Positions 12,201 to 24,239 of a stretch of 64,000 nt of DNA are shown piece after piece (within the stretch, counting starts at the first letter, position 1; each line of letters opens with the position of its first letter). This DNA is from Hypanus sabinus (taxonomy: Eukaryota): the NCBI RefSeq assembly GCF_030144855.1, contig NC_082722.1:20398001-20462000 (forward strand), given 5' to 3'. Below the pieces are notes generated by a model. That model had not been told where the DNA came from. It was given only the letters and a program-made list of their open reading frames with translations, and did not search any database. The translations under genes were made by a program, and so were the position numbers.

Positions 12201-15200
12201 TTTTTTTTATGTCGAGTGTTGAGTGCGTGGAATGGGCTGCAAGCGACGGTGGTGGAGGCGGATACCAGACGGTGTTTTAAGAGACTCCTGGACAAAAACA
12301 TAGATCTCAGAAAAGTAGAGTGTTGTGGATAACCATTGGTAATTTCTAAGGCAAGAATATGTTGGGCACAGATGTGTGGGCCAAAGGACCTGTATTGTGC
12401 TGCAGTTTCAAATATACCCCTCTCAGAAGCAAAAACAAAGTTGTTTCACTCACCGGTTCTCCACTCTGACTTGCTTCCTCAGAGTTTGTTTTAATACCTA
12501 ATGGAATTAAAAATAATAGTAAACATAAAAAAAGAAATAATAATAAGCACCATAGATAATAGTGGCATTGTTAGAAAATGTGAAGTTGTGCATGGGATTG
12601 TAATCTAATTTGCTGCCGAAATTTGAAACTACTGTTCAAAGTAGTAGAGGTGCAGATTGTGGCCATGAAATGTGTTGTGCATGACCCTTCAGGAATGTGG
12701 TGGATCTAGATTTTGATTGAAAGAACAGAGTGGCGGTAGCATAACATTAGTCATGTTGTATCTCAAAAGAACTAAACTCTAACAGTAAGATTATCATTAC
12801 TTGTGTAAATTCGCCGCAGGAAGTCACAGCCTGAAAACCATTGGTGACTGAAAATCGTTGGTACAAGGGATGATTGTATAAATTGAACGGGAATGTAAAA
12901 TTATCGTGTTATTTATAATATGTATTGTCGAATGAGAATTGGATAATAAATTGGAAATATTGATTCTCTCAGTATCATTTCTGTTTTTTTTTATTCCGCA
13001 GAGGTAATAAATGGAGATTCTTGTCAAATAATTTATGTTCTTACCACGTTTTGGCTTAACTCCAATTCTTAACAAAATTATAATCAGAATTGCAATTGCC
13101 AGTCCGCCCAGTGCACATCCAAGAATCAGGGATTTATTGCTGTCTTCTAGATCATGTAAAAAAAAAGAAACATATATACATATATAGAGACCGTGAGAAA
13201 AAATGAAGAGCATTTTAATACCAGACGAACTCAGCAGGGCAGGCAGCATCTGTGGGGAAAAGCAGTTAACGTTTCGGGTGAGACTCTTGGCAGGACTGGT
13301 GTTGCCTGGACTGTTGAGATCGTCCAGCATTTTGTGTGTGTTGCTTGGAGTTCCAGCATCTACAGATATTCTCTTGCTTGTGTTTTGGTTCTTCACAGTG
13401 AGTATTTTTTTTTTCATTTGGTTTATAGGAATTTTTCTTTTTTTGATTCCTTTGCAGATAGTTAGGTCGCAATTGCGAAAGGATATCGTTTGTTTCTTAA
13501 ATGTCACTCGAAACTTTCTCAGTAGATCCCATTGGCAAAAAACAGAAAATGAATTTTTTACTTTCTCAAGACATCACTGGACGCATTGGTAGAATATTAA
13601 AATGCGTAATCCAAACCACATATGAGAAGTGACAAGATACTTGGTGAAAACAGGGGAGACTAACGAGCAGGTTTAGATTAAGTAATGGAAAAAAAAGACA
13701 CTTGCAGAGATAATTCCAGATTTAAGTGCAGATGTAGCCAAAGGCATAGAATTGCGCAAACAGTTAAGGAAGAACGGTATATGGAACGATGGAGGTACTG
13801 AAATACTATATATGAACATTTGTAACATAAACATGATATCACTCCTTCTAATACACAATTTTGGAAGTTGATCTTCTCCTGCATGTTTCGAATGTTTCGA
13901 TTCTCAACTGGGATGAATTATAAAGATTGCATTCTCGGACGTTTCCAAAGAATACATGTACACAATATTAGGAGGTAGAAATTACAAAGATTTATCAACT
14001 TATCATTGAAGAAACCTTTTTAGTACCGACTCTTACCACGACAAGGTATCTATCTCTGGCTGAAGGAAACTGCCACTTGATATTCTCAGCCAGAGTCCTA
14101 TCTTCGCATTGTAGTTAGATCTCAGAGAGCTTTTTTGAACAAACTTACATAAAATTATGTTTTTGTCACATGCAAAAGGTAATATTCACATCATTCCTGA
14201 TCTTCTAAATACATATTCTATTTCTTGCTTGAGAGTTCGGTTGGTGCAAATATACCATATGTCTCTTATACTGAACTTACAAAAGCAAAAAATATTTTAA
14301 AACTATTTTACCCACAGTTATTAAATACGCATTCCTTCACGATCTTCCGTTTGTAAATCTTGTTCTTTCTTTTTTTTAACAAATGGCTAAAAATTAATGG
14401 CAATGTGCACAAAGGAAAATGATTGACTTCCCACAAACGAATGCAGCGCTTAACGGGATAGAGAGAGTCATGGAACAGAATTGCGTTTGATATCATATCA
14501 CATCCATGTCATGTGCTTTCTTTAGCACTAATATAACGTCAAATTAAAAGTGATGGCCATAATAAAGAGATTTTCCGGTCACAACATTTATTGGTGAAAT
14601 TTCTGGCAGTTAAAAAAATCTCAATCTGCAGGACAATAGAGCTGGGTTGGACCAATAGGGAAAGAAATAGAATAGCATTGTACTCCATTACCAAAGGTCG
14701 TATTTCAGTAATGCCGTTGGAGTATATACTTTATATTACCCGAACTTCGTTTGAAACCATTGCTACAAAGCGAGGAATTCCGTCATCAAAGTCATTAATA
14801 TTTAATGGAGAAATAGGTAGTTCCAATACAAGCCCCTTTGGAACACCACTATACAACTAGAAAATCATAATCTCGGAGATAAGTTGAACTCCACGCAAAA
14901 CCCAACTATTCTTCACATTTCCTCCTAGAAAATAAGTAAAGGTAAAACCTACTTCATCGGCCATGTATGTACCTGACATCTGTCGACATACCTCTTTTGA
15001 CATCTCAGTTTTTATTAAATATATCGGAATGTTTGCGATGTAATAGGCTATGCATAAATTTAAGAATTTCGTAAGAACATAAAAAAATAAGAACAGCGGT
15101 AAGCTATCTGGCCCATCGAGCCTATAAGATCATGACTGATCTGACGAGGGACACACTCCATCCACCTTCCTTTCCCCATACTGCTGAATTACCCAGCAAT

Positions 15201-18200
15201 GCAAAAAAATATATCCAACTTTGTTTTAAGTATATTTACTAAGGCAGACTCTGCTGCTTCATTGGACAGAGATTTTACTACTCTTTGCGAAAAGCAGTTC
15301 CAATTAATCTCGATCCTAAGGTTACTCTTCAGAATCTTTAGGCAATTCCCCTACTTGTAGTCTCACCTATCAGTGGAAACAACTTTCCTGACTCTATCTT
15401 ATCTAACCCTTTTGTAATTTTATATGTTTCTATAAGGTTTCCACTCATCTTTCTGAATTCCAGCGAGCATAGTCACGGGGGACTGAAACTCTCCTCATAC
15501 TTTAACCCTCTCATCTCTGGAATCAACCTAGTGAACGTCGTCTGCACTGTCACCAGTACATCCTTCCTCAAGTAAGAACACCAGAACTGCACGCAGTACT
15601 TTAGATTCGGCGTCAATACTACCCTATACTGCTGCAGCGTAACATCCTTGCTCTTAAGTTCAATCCCTCTACCAATGAAGACCAACAATCCGCTTGCCTC
15701 ATTGATAGCCTGCTGCAACACCGAACCAACATTTTACAATTCATGCACAAGTATTCCCAGCACAGAAGTATGCTGCAGCCATTTAAATAATAGTCTAATC
15801 TTCATTTTTCCTTCCAAAATAGATGACCTCGCATTTACCAACATTGTACTCCATCTGCCAGACACATGACACTCACTTAACATATCACTTCTCTCTGCAG
15901 ACTATATATCCTCTGCATAATGTGTTTGTCCACTCAGTTTAGTTTCATCAGCAAACTTGGATACACCACTGATTGCCAACCAGAGGAACAACGATCTATC
16001 CCAACTCTCTGCTTTTTATGTTCTAGCCATTTCTCTATCCATGCTAATACATCCCCCCCCCAACTCAATGCATTCTTATCTTATGGACAGGTCTTTTATG
16101 TGGCACCTTATCGAACGAATTCTGTAACTCCAATTATATTAAGTCCATATGTACCCCTCTATGAACTGCTCTTGTTATATCGTCAAAGAAAACCAGTAAG
16201 TTTGTCAAAGAGAACCTGCCTTTGCTTCACACTTGTCTCTGCGCCTAACGGATCAATTTATTTTCAGCAGTTTTTCGTTACTTGTTATTTAACGACAGCT
16301 TCAAGAATTTTCCCAACTGCAGGTGTTAACCAACTGGCCATTTGCTTGCCTTTTGTCTCCCACTTTTATTGAACAGTGACGAATGTCATGAGCCCTCTTC
16401 CAATCCGCCGGGACCTGCCCTGAGTCCGGAGAATTTTTGCAAATTATCACCAAAGCCCAACTATAACCTCTGCCATTTATTTCAGTACGCTGAGATCTGT
16501 CTATCTTTTGACCCACAAGATCGAGGTTCTCACCTCCAATTGCATTCATTGTTATCTCAATTCGCCACGTAAGACGTGCCCTACAGAGTGAAACCCGACA
16601 GAAAATAGCTATTCAAAGCTTCAGCCAAAGGCTCATTATCCAATATAAATTTCCCTTCTCGTCCTACAAGGTACCTACGTTCACCTTGGCCACCGCTTTA
16701 TATAATTATACAAACTTTTACAATCCGTTTTAATATGTAATACTTGTTTATTTTCATAATCCATCTTCCCTTTCTTTATTGCTTTCTTAAAGGTTTTTCG
16801 TTGCTTTTTAACGTTTTCCCAGTCTTAGAGTTTCCTGCTTCTCGGGTTGACCTACGAGCTTTTAGTTTGTTTCCTTCTTTTATATCCTTAGTTACCCAAG
16901 GCTGGCTCTTCCCGCCCTTACTATCCTTCCTTTCAACTGGAATATACTGTTATTGAGCATCGTGAAGAATATCTTTGAATGTATTCCACTATTATATCCA
17001 CTCGTCCCACGATGTAGTCTGCGTTCCCATTCTACCCTATTCAACTCTTCCCTCATCATTTTCAAGTCTCCCTTGATTAGGTGTAATATATTGGTTTTAG
17101 ATCAAATAATTACCCCTCCATTTATATAAGAAAGTCGGTCATGCTGCGATCACTCTTTCCAAGAAGATCCCTAACAACGGCATTGGTAATTTTACTTGTC
17201 TCATTGTACAGCGCCAGATCCAACATAACGTGTTCCCTTATAAGTTCTTCAACACGCTGTTGAAGAAAGCTAGAGTGTATGGATTATATGAAGCCCTCTT
17301 TAATACTGCCTCGACCAACTTGACTCAAATAATCCATGTGCAATCGGTGGCCTATAGAAAATTTTCACCAACGATTTTTCCCTTTAATATTCCTAATCTC
17401 TATCCCGGTGGATTCAACATTCTGCTCCTGAGATCTTATATCGTCTCTCACTATGTCATGATTTCATCTTTAATTTAGCTCGCTTTCCCAACTCCCTTAT
17501 CTTCCTGCCTATTCTCCCGTATTACCTGATATACTTGGTAATTTAATTCCCTATTCTCTCCATTCTACAAACACATTTCTGTATAGGCCACTAACTCATT
17601 GGCCCTTATACTGATTTGTGCAACAACTTCACTGAGCTTGGTACGGACACTACGGGCATTTAGATAAAGTGCCCTTACACGCATTGTGCCTTTAAAATCT
17701 AGTGATCTTTCTCTTGTAGGCGGTGGACTCTCTGAATTCCACCCTTACTTTTCTCTTTTTCTAACATTTGCTTTTACTTTATCTTTATCCACACTTCTCT
17801 CAATTATTTTATTAATACTTCTGCAATCTCCTGAACTAACCTAAATGCTACTTATTAAAAAAAAAACGATGCACAACCCTAGTTCAGCGATTCGCTAGAA
17901 TCCAGATCCCATCACGTTTCAGTGGAGCTCGTCCGAGTGGAACAGCTCCGTCCTCAATCCCGGTGCCAGTTTGCCATGAATTCAACCCCAATTCTCCCAA
18001 GCCAATTCTTGAACTACGTGTTTAACTGTCTAATCTTCTTAACCCTGTGCCAATTTGCACGTGGTTCAAGTTGTAATATAAAGATTACCACTTTTTTGCG
18101 GGGTTCAGCTTTTAATTTAGTCCCGTGCTGCTCAGAATCCCTCAGCAGGATCTCTTTCTTCGCTCTACCTTTGTCCTTGATCCCTACATTTCCTTGCAGG

Positions 18201-20355
18201 CAGGAAATAATGTAAAAAATAGTACACACGTTAACTTTTCCTCGTTGGAAAAAGAAATGAGATTTCATATTTCCTTGCTGGTGTTTGTACAGCTCTCCAG
18301 GCATTTTTGTTTCCATTCATCTGAGCTTGCTTTAAACAATTCCGTTCTTACCTTGTTCAATAGTATAGCTGAAATTTGCAGGAGTTTTTAGCGCTTCGTG
18401 AGATACCAGGCAGGTGTAAACCACTTTGCCCTGAGCAGGCTGTGCATCTTCCAAAGTACTCGAAGCCTCATAAAATCCTTCTGAAGTCTCTTCTATTGAT
18501 ATTTCTGGTTTGGTTAGAATTTCCATATTATTTCTTCGCCAAAAGATGTCCAATTCCTGAGGATAAAATGCTGCAGTTTTACACATGAGTTTCCGGGAGT
18601 TAGATGATGTTTCTTCAACACGAATGATTTTCAGCGGAGTTGGCGGAGCTACAAAAAAATAAAACGGACGTAGAATATTTAGCTATTATTTGATCGCACA
18701 TACTCTCCGTCTCCCGCTACCACTCTCAATTGTTATCAATACGGCCGTTTAAATTCGCCTGAGTTTTTCATGTTTTAATTGTTTCAGGGGGCCGGTAAAC
18801 ATGACAAAATAGATGTGCTGGTGACAGGTGGAGAACGCATGGCTGTATGGAATAAACGCAGCAGACTTAGCGCTTGCTATGATTGACTTTATTTCTTCTT
18901 CAAACTGGCTATTATTGTCCCTAACTCTGCCTTTGTAGGTCAATGTTGTATGAGTGCAAAATGATAGGCTGCGATTCAGCATAACTATGCTGGTTTCAAT
19001 GGGATCGGCATTGTGCTGTAGCACACGTAACAAGTTGTGTTTCTCACTGTATAGGTTTTAATCCCAAGTCCCGTAATTCACATTAATGAAGTGGGTTTGT
19101 TTGCCTTTGGGCTTTAGATTGAAGGTGAATATATTCTTCTGTGAATTTACTGAATTGTTAATAACGGTGTTTCGATGTTCCACGTCTCCCGAAAGTACAT
19201 CGAGAGTTTGGCAGAGTGAAAGATGTTTATTAACTACTTATAAATATTTGTAGCTATGCGTTTAAGCAACTGCAGAATAGAAATCGGTGTAATACGTCGT
19301 GATGTGGTAGTATAAAAACAGGCTGAATAACGGGAGGATGTAAGTTAACCTCGGCAAATCTTCGCTTTGGATTAGATTGCTTGTGATTTGCCCTTCAACA
19401 CAATTTGTCTAAAGCTCCCTAGTTAAGCCGAATCAAATTCGTCGTCCAAAAATTAGGTGGTTCAGTTCATCCGCAAATTAAATCATCAGATTAATAAAGT
19501 TTTAGGGGGCTGTTTGAGGAATAGGTCATGGCGGGGACAGAGTGGGGCGTTCTGGAGGAATATAGAAATATGGTTGGAAATATCAACGGTCCAAAAAATA
19601 GTTGAAGCAAAAGCTAATCTCCAGAATCACATCGAAATAATAAACAGAACAATCCGAAAAGGTCTAAAATGATCTTTTCCTTGCTTTTAAAAATGTAAAG
19701 CAAAGCACTGGCACACATTCTAAACCAGCAATACCATTTCACAACCACAGTTCCATAATCGTGGGTTTTCCTAAAATGCAAAGAGATGAAAATTCTCTAC
19801 TTCCAAGAATAAAGACACTTACTTAACACAATAAGCCGAGAACCACTTCCATATCCCAATATTTGTTGGTGACTTTTCACTTGACAGTAATACACGCCGA
19901 CGTCAGTATATCTCACATTCAGGAGGTTAAAGCTGCCACGGCCTTTCTTAACATTGAATTGATTTCTGCTGTCTGGTTCGATAAATGTATTCTGACCATC
20001 CTTCCACCACGAAACTTCAGCAGTATCTTGTATTAATGGAAATTTGCAAAACATGGATCCTTTGCCACCGATTGAGAAGTTTAAGATTGTAGGGAATTGT
20101 TCCACTTTGGCCGAAGTTCCTTTTGAGGCTTACAAAGCATAAGTCAGAATGATGAAAACACTTCCATTCACTGTACAGAGAATCAACAGACAAAATAGGC
20201 AGAACTGTGGACATTTGATATAGCTAACTTTGCTGCGGGTTACAAATGTATAATGTTATAACATACTTGTTTTGTAGATAGGGCAAAAAATTAAGCGTAC
20301 CTGGCCAAAATGCTGCGAGGAGAGCCAAGAACCAAACTTTTGCATCCACCGACAT
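9128..20355 (-). CDS. Gene A: non-rearranging VJ-C1-TM-ITIM immunoglobulin-superfamily receptor. Six exons: 20355-20301, 20128-19823, 18648-18352, 13146-13045, 12497-12454, 9261-9128. 312 aa if one base is restored in the last exon; 276 aa without ITIMs as assembled.
   Basis: All junctions are GT-AG with compatible phases (1,1,1,1,0). Translation gives a signal peptide, a V domain with both Cys, Trp and a J-like GYGSGSRLIV, a C1 domain (FYP, W, YTCLVSH), a hydrophobic TM and a tail exon carrying LTYAAL and SVYADV. Confidence 0.88.
10610..12410 (+). mobile_element. CR1 LINE, 5'-truncated RT region in gene A intron 5
   Basis: FINDLDEEVLGWVSKFVDGT, and ORF 11721-12332 (QRDLGVRV...LYRTLDRPLLEY..Q..SPHY.KD...ERVQ.RFT...RLRG.LIEVYK). 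Confidence 0.92.
12454..12497 (-). CDS. Gene A exon 5, short cytoplasmic exon GIKTNSEEASQSGEP
   Basis: Strong acceptor tttttaattccattag and donor CCG|gtgagt; 44 nt converts phase 1 to the phase 0 required by the ITIM exon. Confidence 0.72.
13045..13146 (-). CDS. Gene A exon 4, stalk plus transmembrane
   Basis: 102 nt, phase 1-1 (catgatctag| ... G|gtaaga). EDSNKSLILGCALGGLAIAILIIILLRIGVKPKR; a clear paralog lies at 40993-41091. Confidence 0.9.
13195..13365. mobile_element. Short palindromic element built from inverted Penelope-like termini
   Basis: gaactcagcagggcaggcagcatc ... gttgcctggactgttgag..ccagcattttgtgtgtg inverted arms; related copies at about 6170-6300, 26360-26570 and 42890-42990. 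Confidence 0.6.
13670..13860 (+). mobile_element. L1-type ORF1 C-terminal remnant
   Basis: IIPDLSADVAKGIELRKQLRKNGIW resembles the L1 ORF1p motif IFPDLSAEV...KQLR..GI. Confidence 0.45.
14330..15060 (-). mobile_element. Highly degenerate CR1 RT
   Basis: SGVPKGLVLELP...NINDFDDG corresponds to SGVPQGSVLGP...INDLDDG. Confidence 0.6.
15065..18200 (-). mobile_element. Long CR1 LINE (ORF1 esterase remnant, endonuclease, RT, 3' tail) in gene A intron 3
   Basis: RALYLNA APE start near 17650-17690, RT/C-terminal ORF 15473-15721 (LKYCVQFWCSYLRKDV), aagaacataaaaaaataagaac tail. Confidence 0.88.
18352..18648 (-). CDS. Gene A exon 3, C1-set Ig domain
   Basis: 297 nt, phase 1-1 (ttttttgtag| ... G|gtaaga). 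LMCKTAAFYPQELDIFW...GFYEASSTL...YTCLVSHEAL shows the C1 hallmarks FYP, DGxY-like E strand and CxVxH. Confidence 0.95.
19823..20128 (-). CDS. Gene A exon 2, V-set Ig domain with germline-encoded J-like G strand
   Basis: 306 nt, phase 1-1 (tttgtaag| ... A|gtaagt). SKGTSAKVEQFPTILNFSIGGKGSMFCKFPLIQDTAEVSWWKDG...DVGVYYCQVKSHQQILGYGSGSRLIVL. Confidence 0.95.
20301..20355 (-). CDS. Gene A exon 1, signal peptide MSVDAKVWFLALLAAFWP
   Basis: ATG at 20355, hydrophobic core, phase-1 donor CCAG|gtacgc, 172 nt upstream of the V exon (typical IgSF leader intron). Confidence 0.88.
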
Positions 20356-20549
20356 TGCCAATGAAAGTTTTCTGTCTGAAAGATAGAAATTAATTGGATG
20401 CAATAATGAAGAGCTCAGTATATATGAAGTCACATGGTCAAGGCTACGTCGATGCCTTGAGTACAGGTAATGCTGCAAATACAGGAAATCCCGAAGAATA
20501 CAGAGAAATGCTAGCAGAGCTCATCATCAATGATGAAAAACAAAAAGTT

Positions 20550-21010
20550 GATGATTCGGGGTAAGATCCTTCTAGAGCACTGCAAACGAAGTGGGAAGAA
20601 GGCACAATAAGGAGATAGGGGAGGGAAGCGCGCATAAATTGGCAGCTGATAAGTGGCGGGAGGCGGACATAAGGAGATGGCACTTGATAGATGGATTTAT
20701 ATCGGTTGCCTCCAATCTGCTGATATGAACACTGATTTCTCTAACTTTCAGTAAATTCGCTAAATCGTGTCCCAATCCGTGTCTCTTTTTATCCCTTCTC
20801 TTTGCTTTGCTGCTCCTCTTCCTTCACTTTCTCTAATCGTCCAATGTCCTCTCCTACCAGATTCCGTCTCATTTAGGCTTTACCACTTCCACAAATCAGC
20901 TTCTGGCCGTTCCGAATTCGCACGGGTAGTTTCCTGTGTTCTAGTCCTTCCCGGTTCACTACATCTAAATGATAAAAAGTCACAGCCCGTTATTGACTCT
21001 TCACCCTTAA
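20550..21010. mobile_element. Penelope-like fragments immediately upstream of gene A
   Basis: ctccaatctgctgatatgaacactgatttctctaacttt corresponds to the GIY-YIG ORF end; adjacent inverted piece. Confidence 0.6.
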
Positions 21011-21249
21011 GTAATTCTAGTATAGACCCGAAAATGTATTTCCAACAATGATGTCTGTATCAATAATAATTCTATCTGATCGGACGTGGTCCACATCGTT
21101 TATTTTTGCCTCCTCATAGGCAAGTTTGAATGTCCGTTAACTATTGTAAGAAAATCAACACTCTGATATAGCACTGCCAAGTCGCTCTCCCACTCTCGCT
21201 GTAATGTACCTGCTCCCAAACTCATTTATTTTTTCCCTCTCTTAGTTCA

Positions 21250-22900
21250 AGGCGATACCCACTATTAACTACCGCTAATATTCATGAGTGATACTGGTAA
21301 AGAAAATGGCAAGACCAACAGGATTAGCAAATCCCGGTTATGAGGATAATGAGATATTGTTTCAGAGAAAGGAGACCTGCATCATCTGTAGGAAAAGGGT
21401 TCAAGCAATTCCCGACAGAAATATGAGCTCTATTATAGTACACCTGCCAGAAATAATGAGAGTAGATAGGTAGCACTATACAACTTCTGAATATAAAGTA
21501 AGAGGAAATGAGGAAATAGCGACTGAGAAATCGCGCTGACAAAGCTGGAAATTATTAGTTCACTGTGGTGAAAATCTGGGAAGCGAAGGGATTTAGGGGA
21601 AAAACATATTATTCGTTCAACAGATGCACATGAGAAAAATGGAGTCGTGTGGTTAACGGGGTGCTCACGGTGTAAGAACATAGTCCTTTTGATGAACATA
21701 CGGCACATAATCAAGTGTATCTTTCGACATTGTGAGAAGCTAGAGGATAAATTGTAAGGCTTATTGCAAAAATATCGACATCGTCTTCAACCAGGATTGT
21801 GTTACCGCAGAATTGGAGAGTTGCAAATGAGCATTTATTTAAAATAATCTGCAAGGGCAAAACGAGAGTTGAAGATGTCGAGCCCGACATCGGTGTCTGG
21901 AGACAAACTGAAGTGGTTCGGAGAGTGAGAATCTATCACAATTTGGAAAGGCAAAAGTTGAAATAGTGACTTTGGCATGGATTTGTTATTTGAAATCTCA
22001 TTTAAAAATTTGATCGATTTGTTTTGAAGAGGTGATGAAGAAAATTGCTGAGTGCAGCAACTGGACTATATAGTCCGAAATAGTTAGAGGAAAATACTTT
22101 TAACTTCGGTAATATCTTTCAGAATGCATCGACATTGGTGTATTCTAGACTGAACGATAGCTGCGAAGATAAACTACGAAAGTAGGGCAAGCAAATTCAG
22201 ATAAAATATTAGTCGGACATATGCAAAGTGTTGTACTTTGGTTAGTTAAACCAGGGCAGGAATTGCACAGTCGATTGCCCAGGGAGTAGAAATAAAACAA
22301 AGTGACTGAGGGGTATATGAAGATTGATCTTTGAAAGCGACAACAGAGGTGGACAGACTGGTGAAGAAGGTGCCTGTCACATTTATTTGACAGTTGTAGC
22401 AATGAATACAATATCTGGGCCGTCATGTTCAATTGTTCAAGTCGTTGGTGAAACAGACTCAAAGTGTTCTGAGCACTTCTGATCAGCCAACTGAAGAAAC
22501 GGCCCGTTCAAGCTTGCGATACTGCAGGAGAGATTCGTAAAAACATTTACGGTACAGCAGGACAGGATGTTTTTCTCTTTAAGGAAAGTCTGGGGTTACT
22601 GGTCGTTAGAACACAGGAGGTTCAGTGGTGAACTTATATATTGAGGGGCATATGCAGGGGCATTGGTACAGCCTTTTTTCACAGAATAGCGGAATCAAAA
22701 ATGAAAATGCATGCATTGAAGATGAGAGAGAAAACATTTAAATGAATCTGGGGCAAGCTTTACAAAGCAAGGGACTTGGTAACTGAAATAAAGTACAGGA
22801 TGAATCGGTAGAGGTGGGTACTATTGTAATGCTGTTGAAACATTTGGATTGGTACATAGATACAAAAGGTTTTTTGTTATAAGGTCCAAACTTTATCACA
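21250..22900 (+). mobile_element. Old degenerate CR1 RT (paralog of 2090-3420)
   Basis: Shared motifs cctgacatcggtg..ggaag and ttgaagaggtgatgaagaaaattg; decayed RT. Confidence 0.7.
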
Positions 22901-24239
22901 ATGAAAGGTCCTGGTGCAGTGCCGTCTGACGCCGTGGATTATATCCAGGTTGTGGGGAGGGCGTTCATTGGACTTCTTGGGATTGTTGGGCTTTGTCAGT
23001 ATAATGTAGCGTTAATGCGTGATTTATATAATTGAAGCTTGATAGGAGGCATTGACGAGTTCGCACAAATATGTTCTGTGCATGTATAACTTATTCCAGT
23101 AAGACACCAGACTATTCCCCAATTGTGGCCTCATGTTAAGTTCAAGTAAAAAAGAAGAACAGGAAACAATTGTCCCACTCATATGAAATTAATTTGACTG
23201 AAAATAATACCCATCTGACATTTGGAGGGGAGAGCAATATTCATCTATTTGTTGATAGAATAGAATGATGAGAATCACAGTGGAGCGTAAAACAAAGTAG
23301 AGATGTGTTATCAGTTTAAAATACAGCTTAGAGATATGGGCCAGATTGTATTTAAATCCTCAAATGTTTGTTAATTGAAATGTATTCACTGCTGAAAATT
23401 TTGTTTCATCTGTTTGAAAGTGTTGATAACTAAGAAAAACGTTTCATTGGAGTTTTCAAATGTTTATCTGTATTTTCTGTTTTCGTTTTAGAAGATATAG
23501 GAATTTTTGAACGTTACGAAAAAAAAATAGCTGTTTAAAACGTTTTGGGTTTGACAGTTCCAGTTAACTCTGAAGGCTATTGGATTAATTTCCTCAAGAG
23601 GCGTTTCGGAATATTCGACAAACCACACGAATTGTGGAAAACTTGACTAATACCATGTGCACGAGTTTATCACATAGTCTTTCCCCATCCAACAGGACCG
23701 TTGTCATAGTTAAAAACTGCTTACAAGCATGTTGCAAGGATTTCAAATTCCACTGTATGTCTACAATAACGTGAAAGGTGTTCGGTAGTGTATGGAGAAT
23801 CAAAGGGAGGGAAACAAAATCAATCCCTTAATTTGCAACCATTCCTTGGGCGAACAATCAGAAATTTTAGATCTGTTTCGCTCTCCCTGACGCTCTCTGA
23901 ACAACTAAATGTTAATCTCCATGTTTCCTCTATTTTTTTCGGACATCGTTTATTTTGTGAAAATTTTGCTGCTCACCAGAAATTACTGTGTTATGTAACC
24001 CTATATCCATTCCCATCGTCTTCGGTTACTTCATTCATGTCTTTTAAAACATAGTGAGCTGTTGAATCCAAGACCAAAAGGATTTCAGCATGCTATGTGA
24101 CCCTTCTTCCCTCCTCTCAGTGACAGCTATCGAAGCAATTCTCCGCCAGACGCAGCACATTATCATTAGCTCCCAGTGTTTCCATTTTCAGCTAATATCG
24201 AATATTTTCTCAAAGGAATGAAACAAAACACATTGATAT

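Noticed and set aside
12824-13507. Longest non-TE ORF (227 aa)
   Set aside because: Read-through of intron, a short repeat and the real 102-nt TM exon; not a single coding exon.
18749-19033. 94-aa ORF in the V-C1 intron of gene A
   Set aside because: No Ig motifs and no usable splice sites; at most faint similarity to a LINE RT segment.
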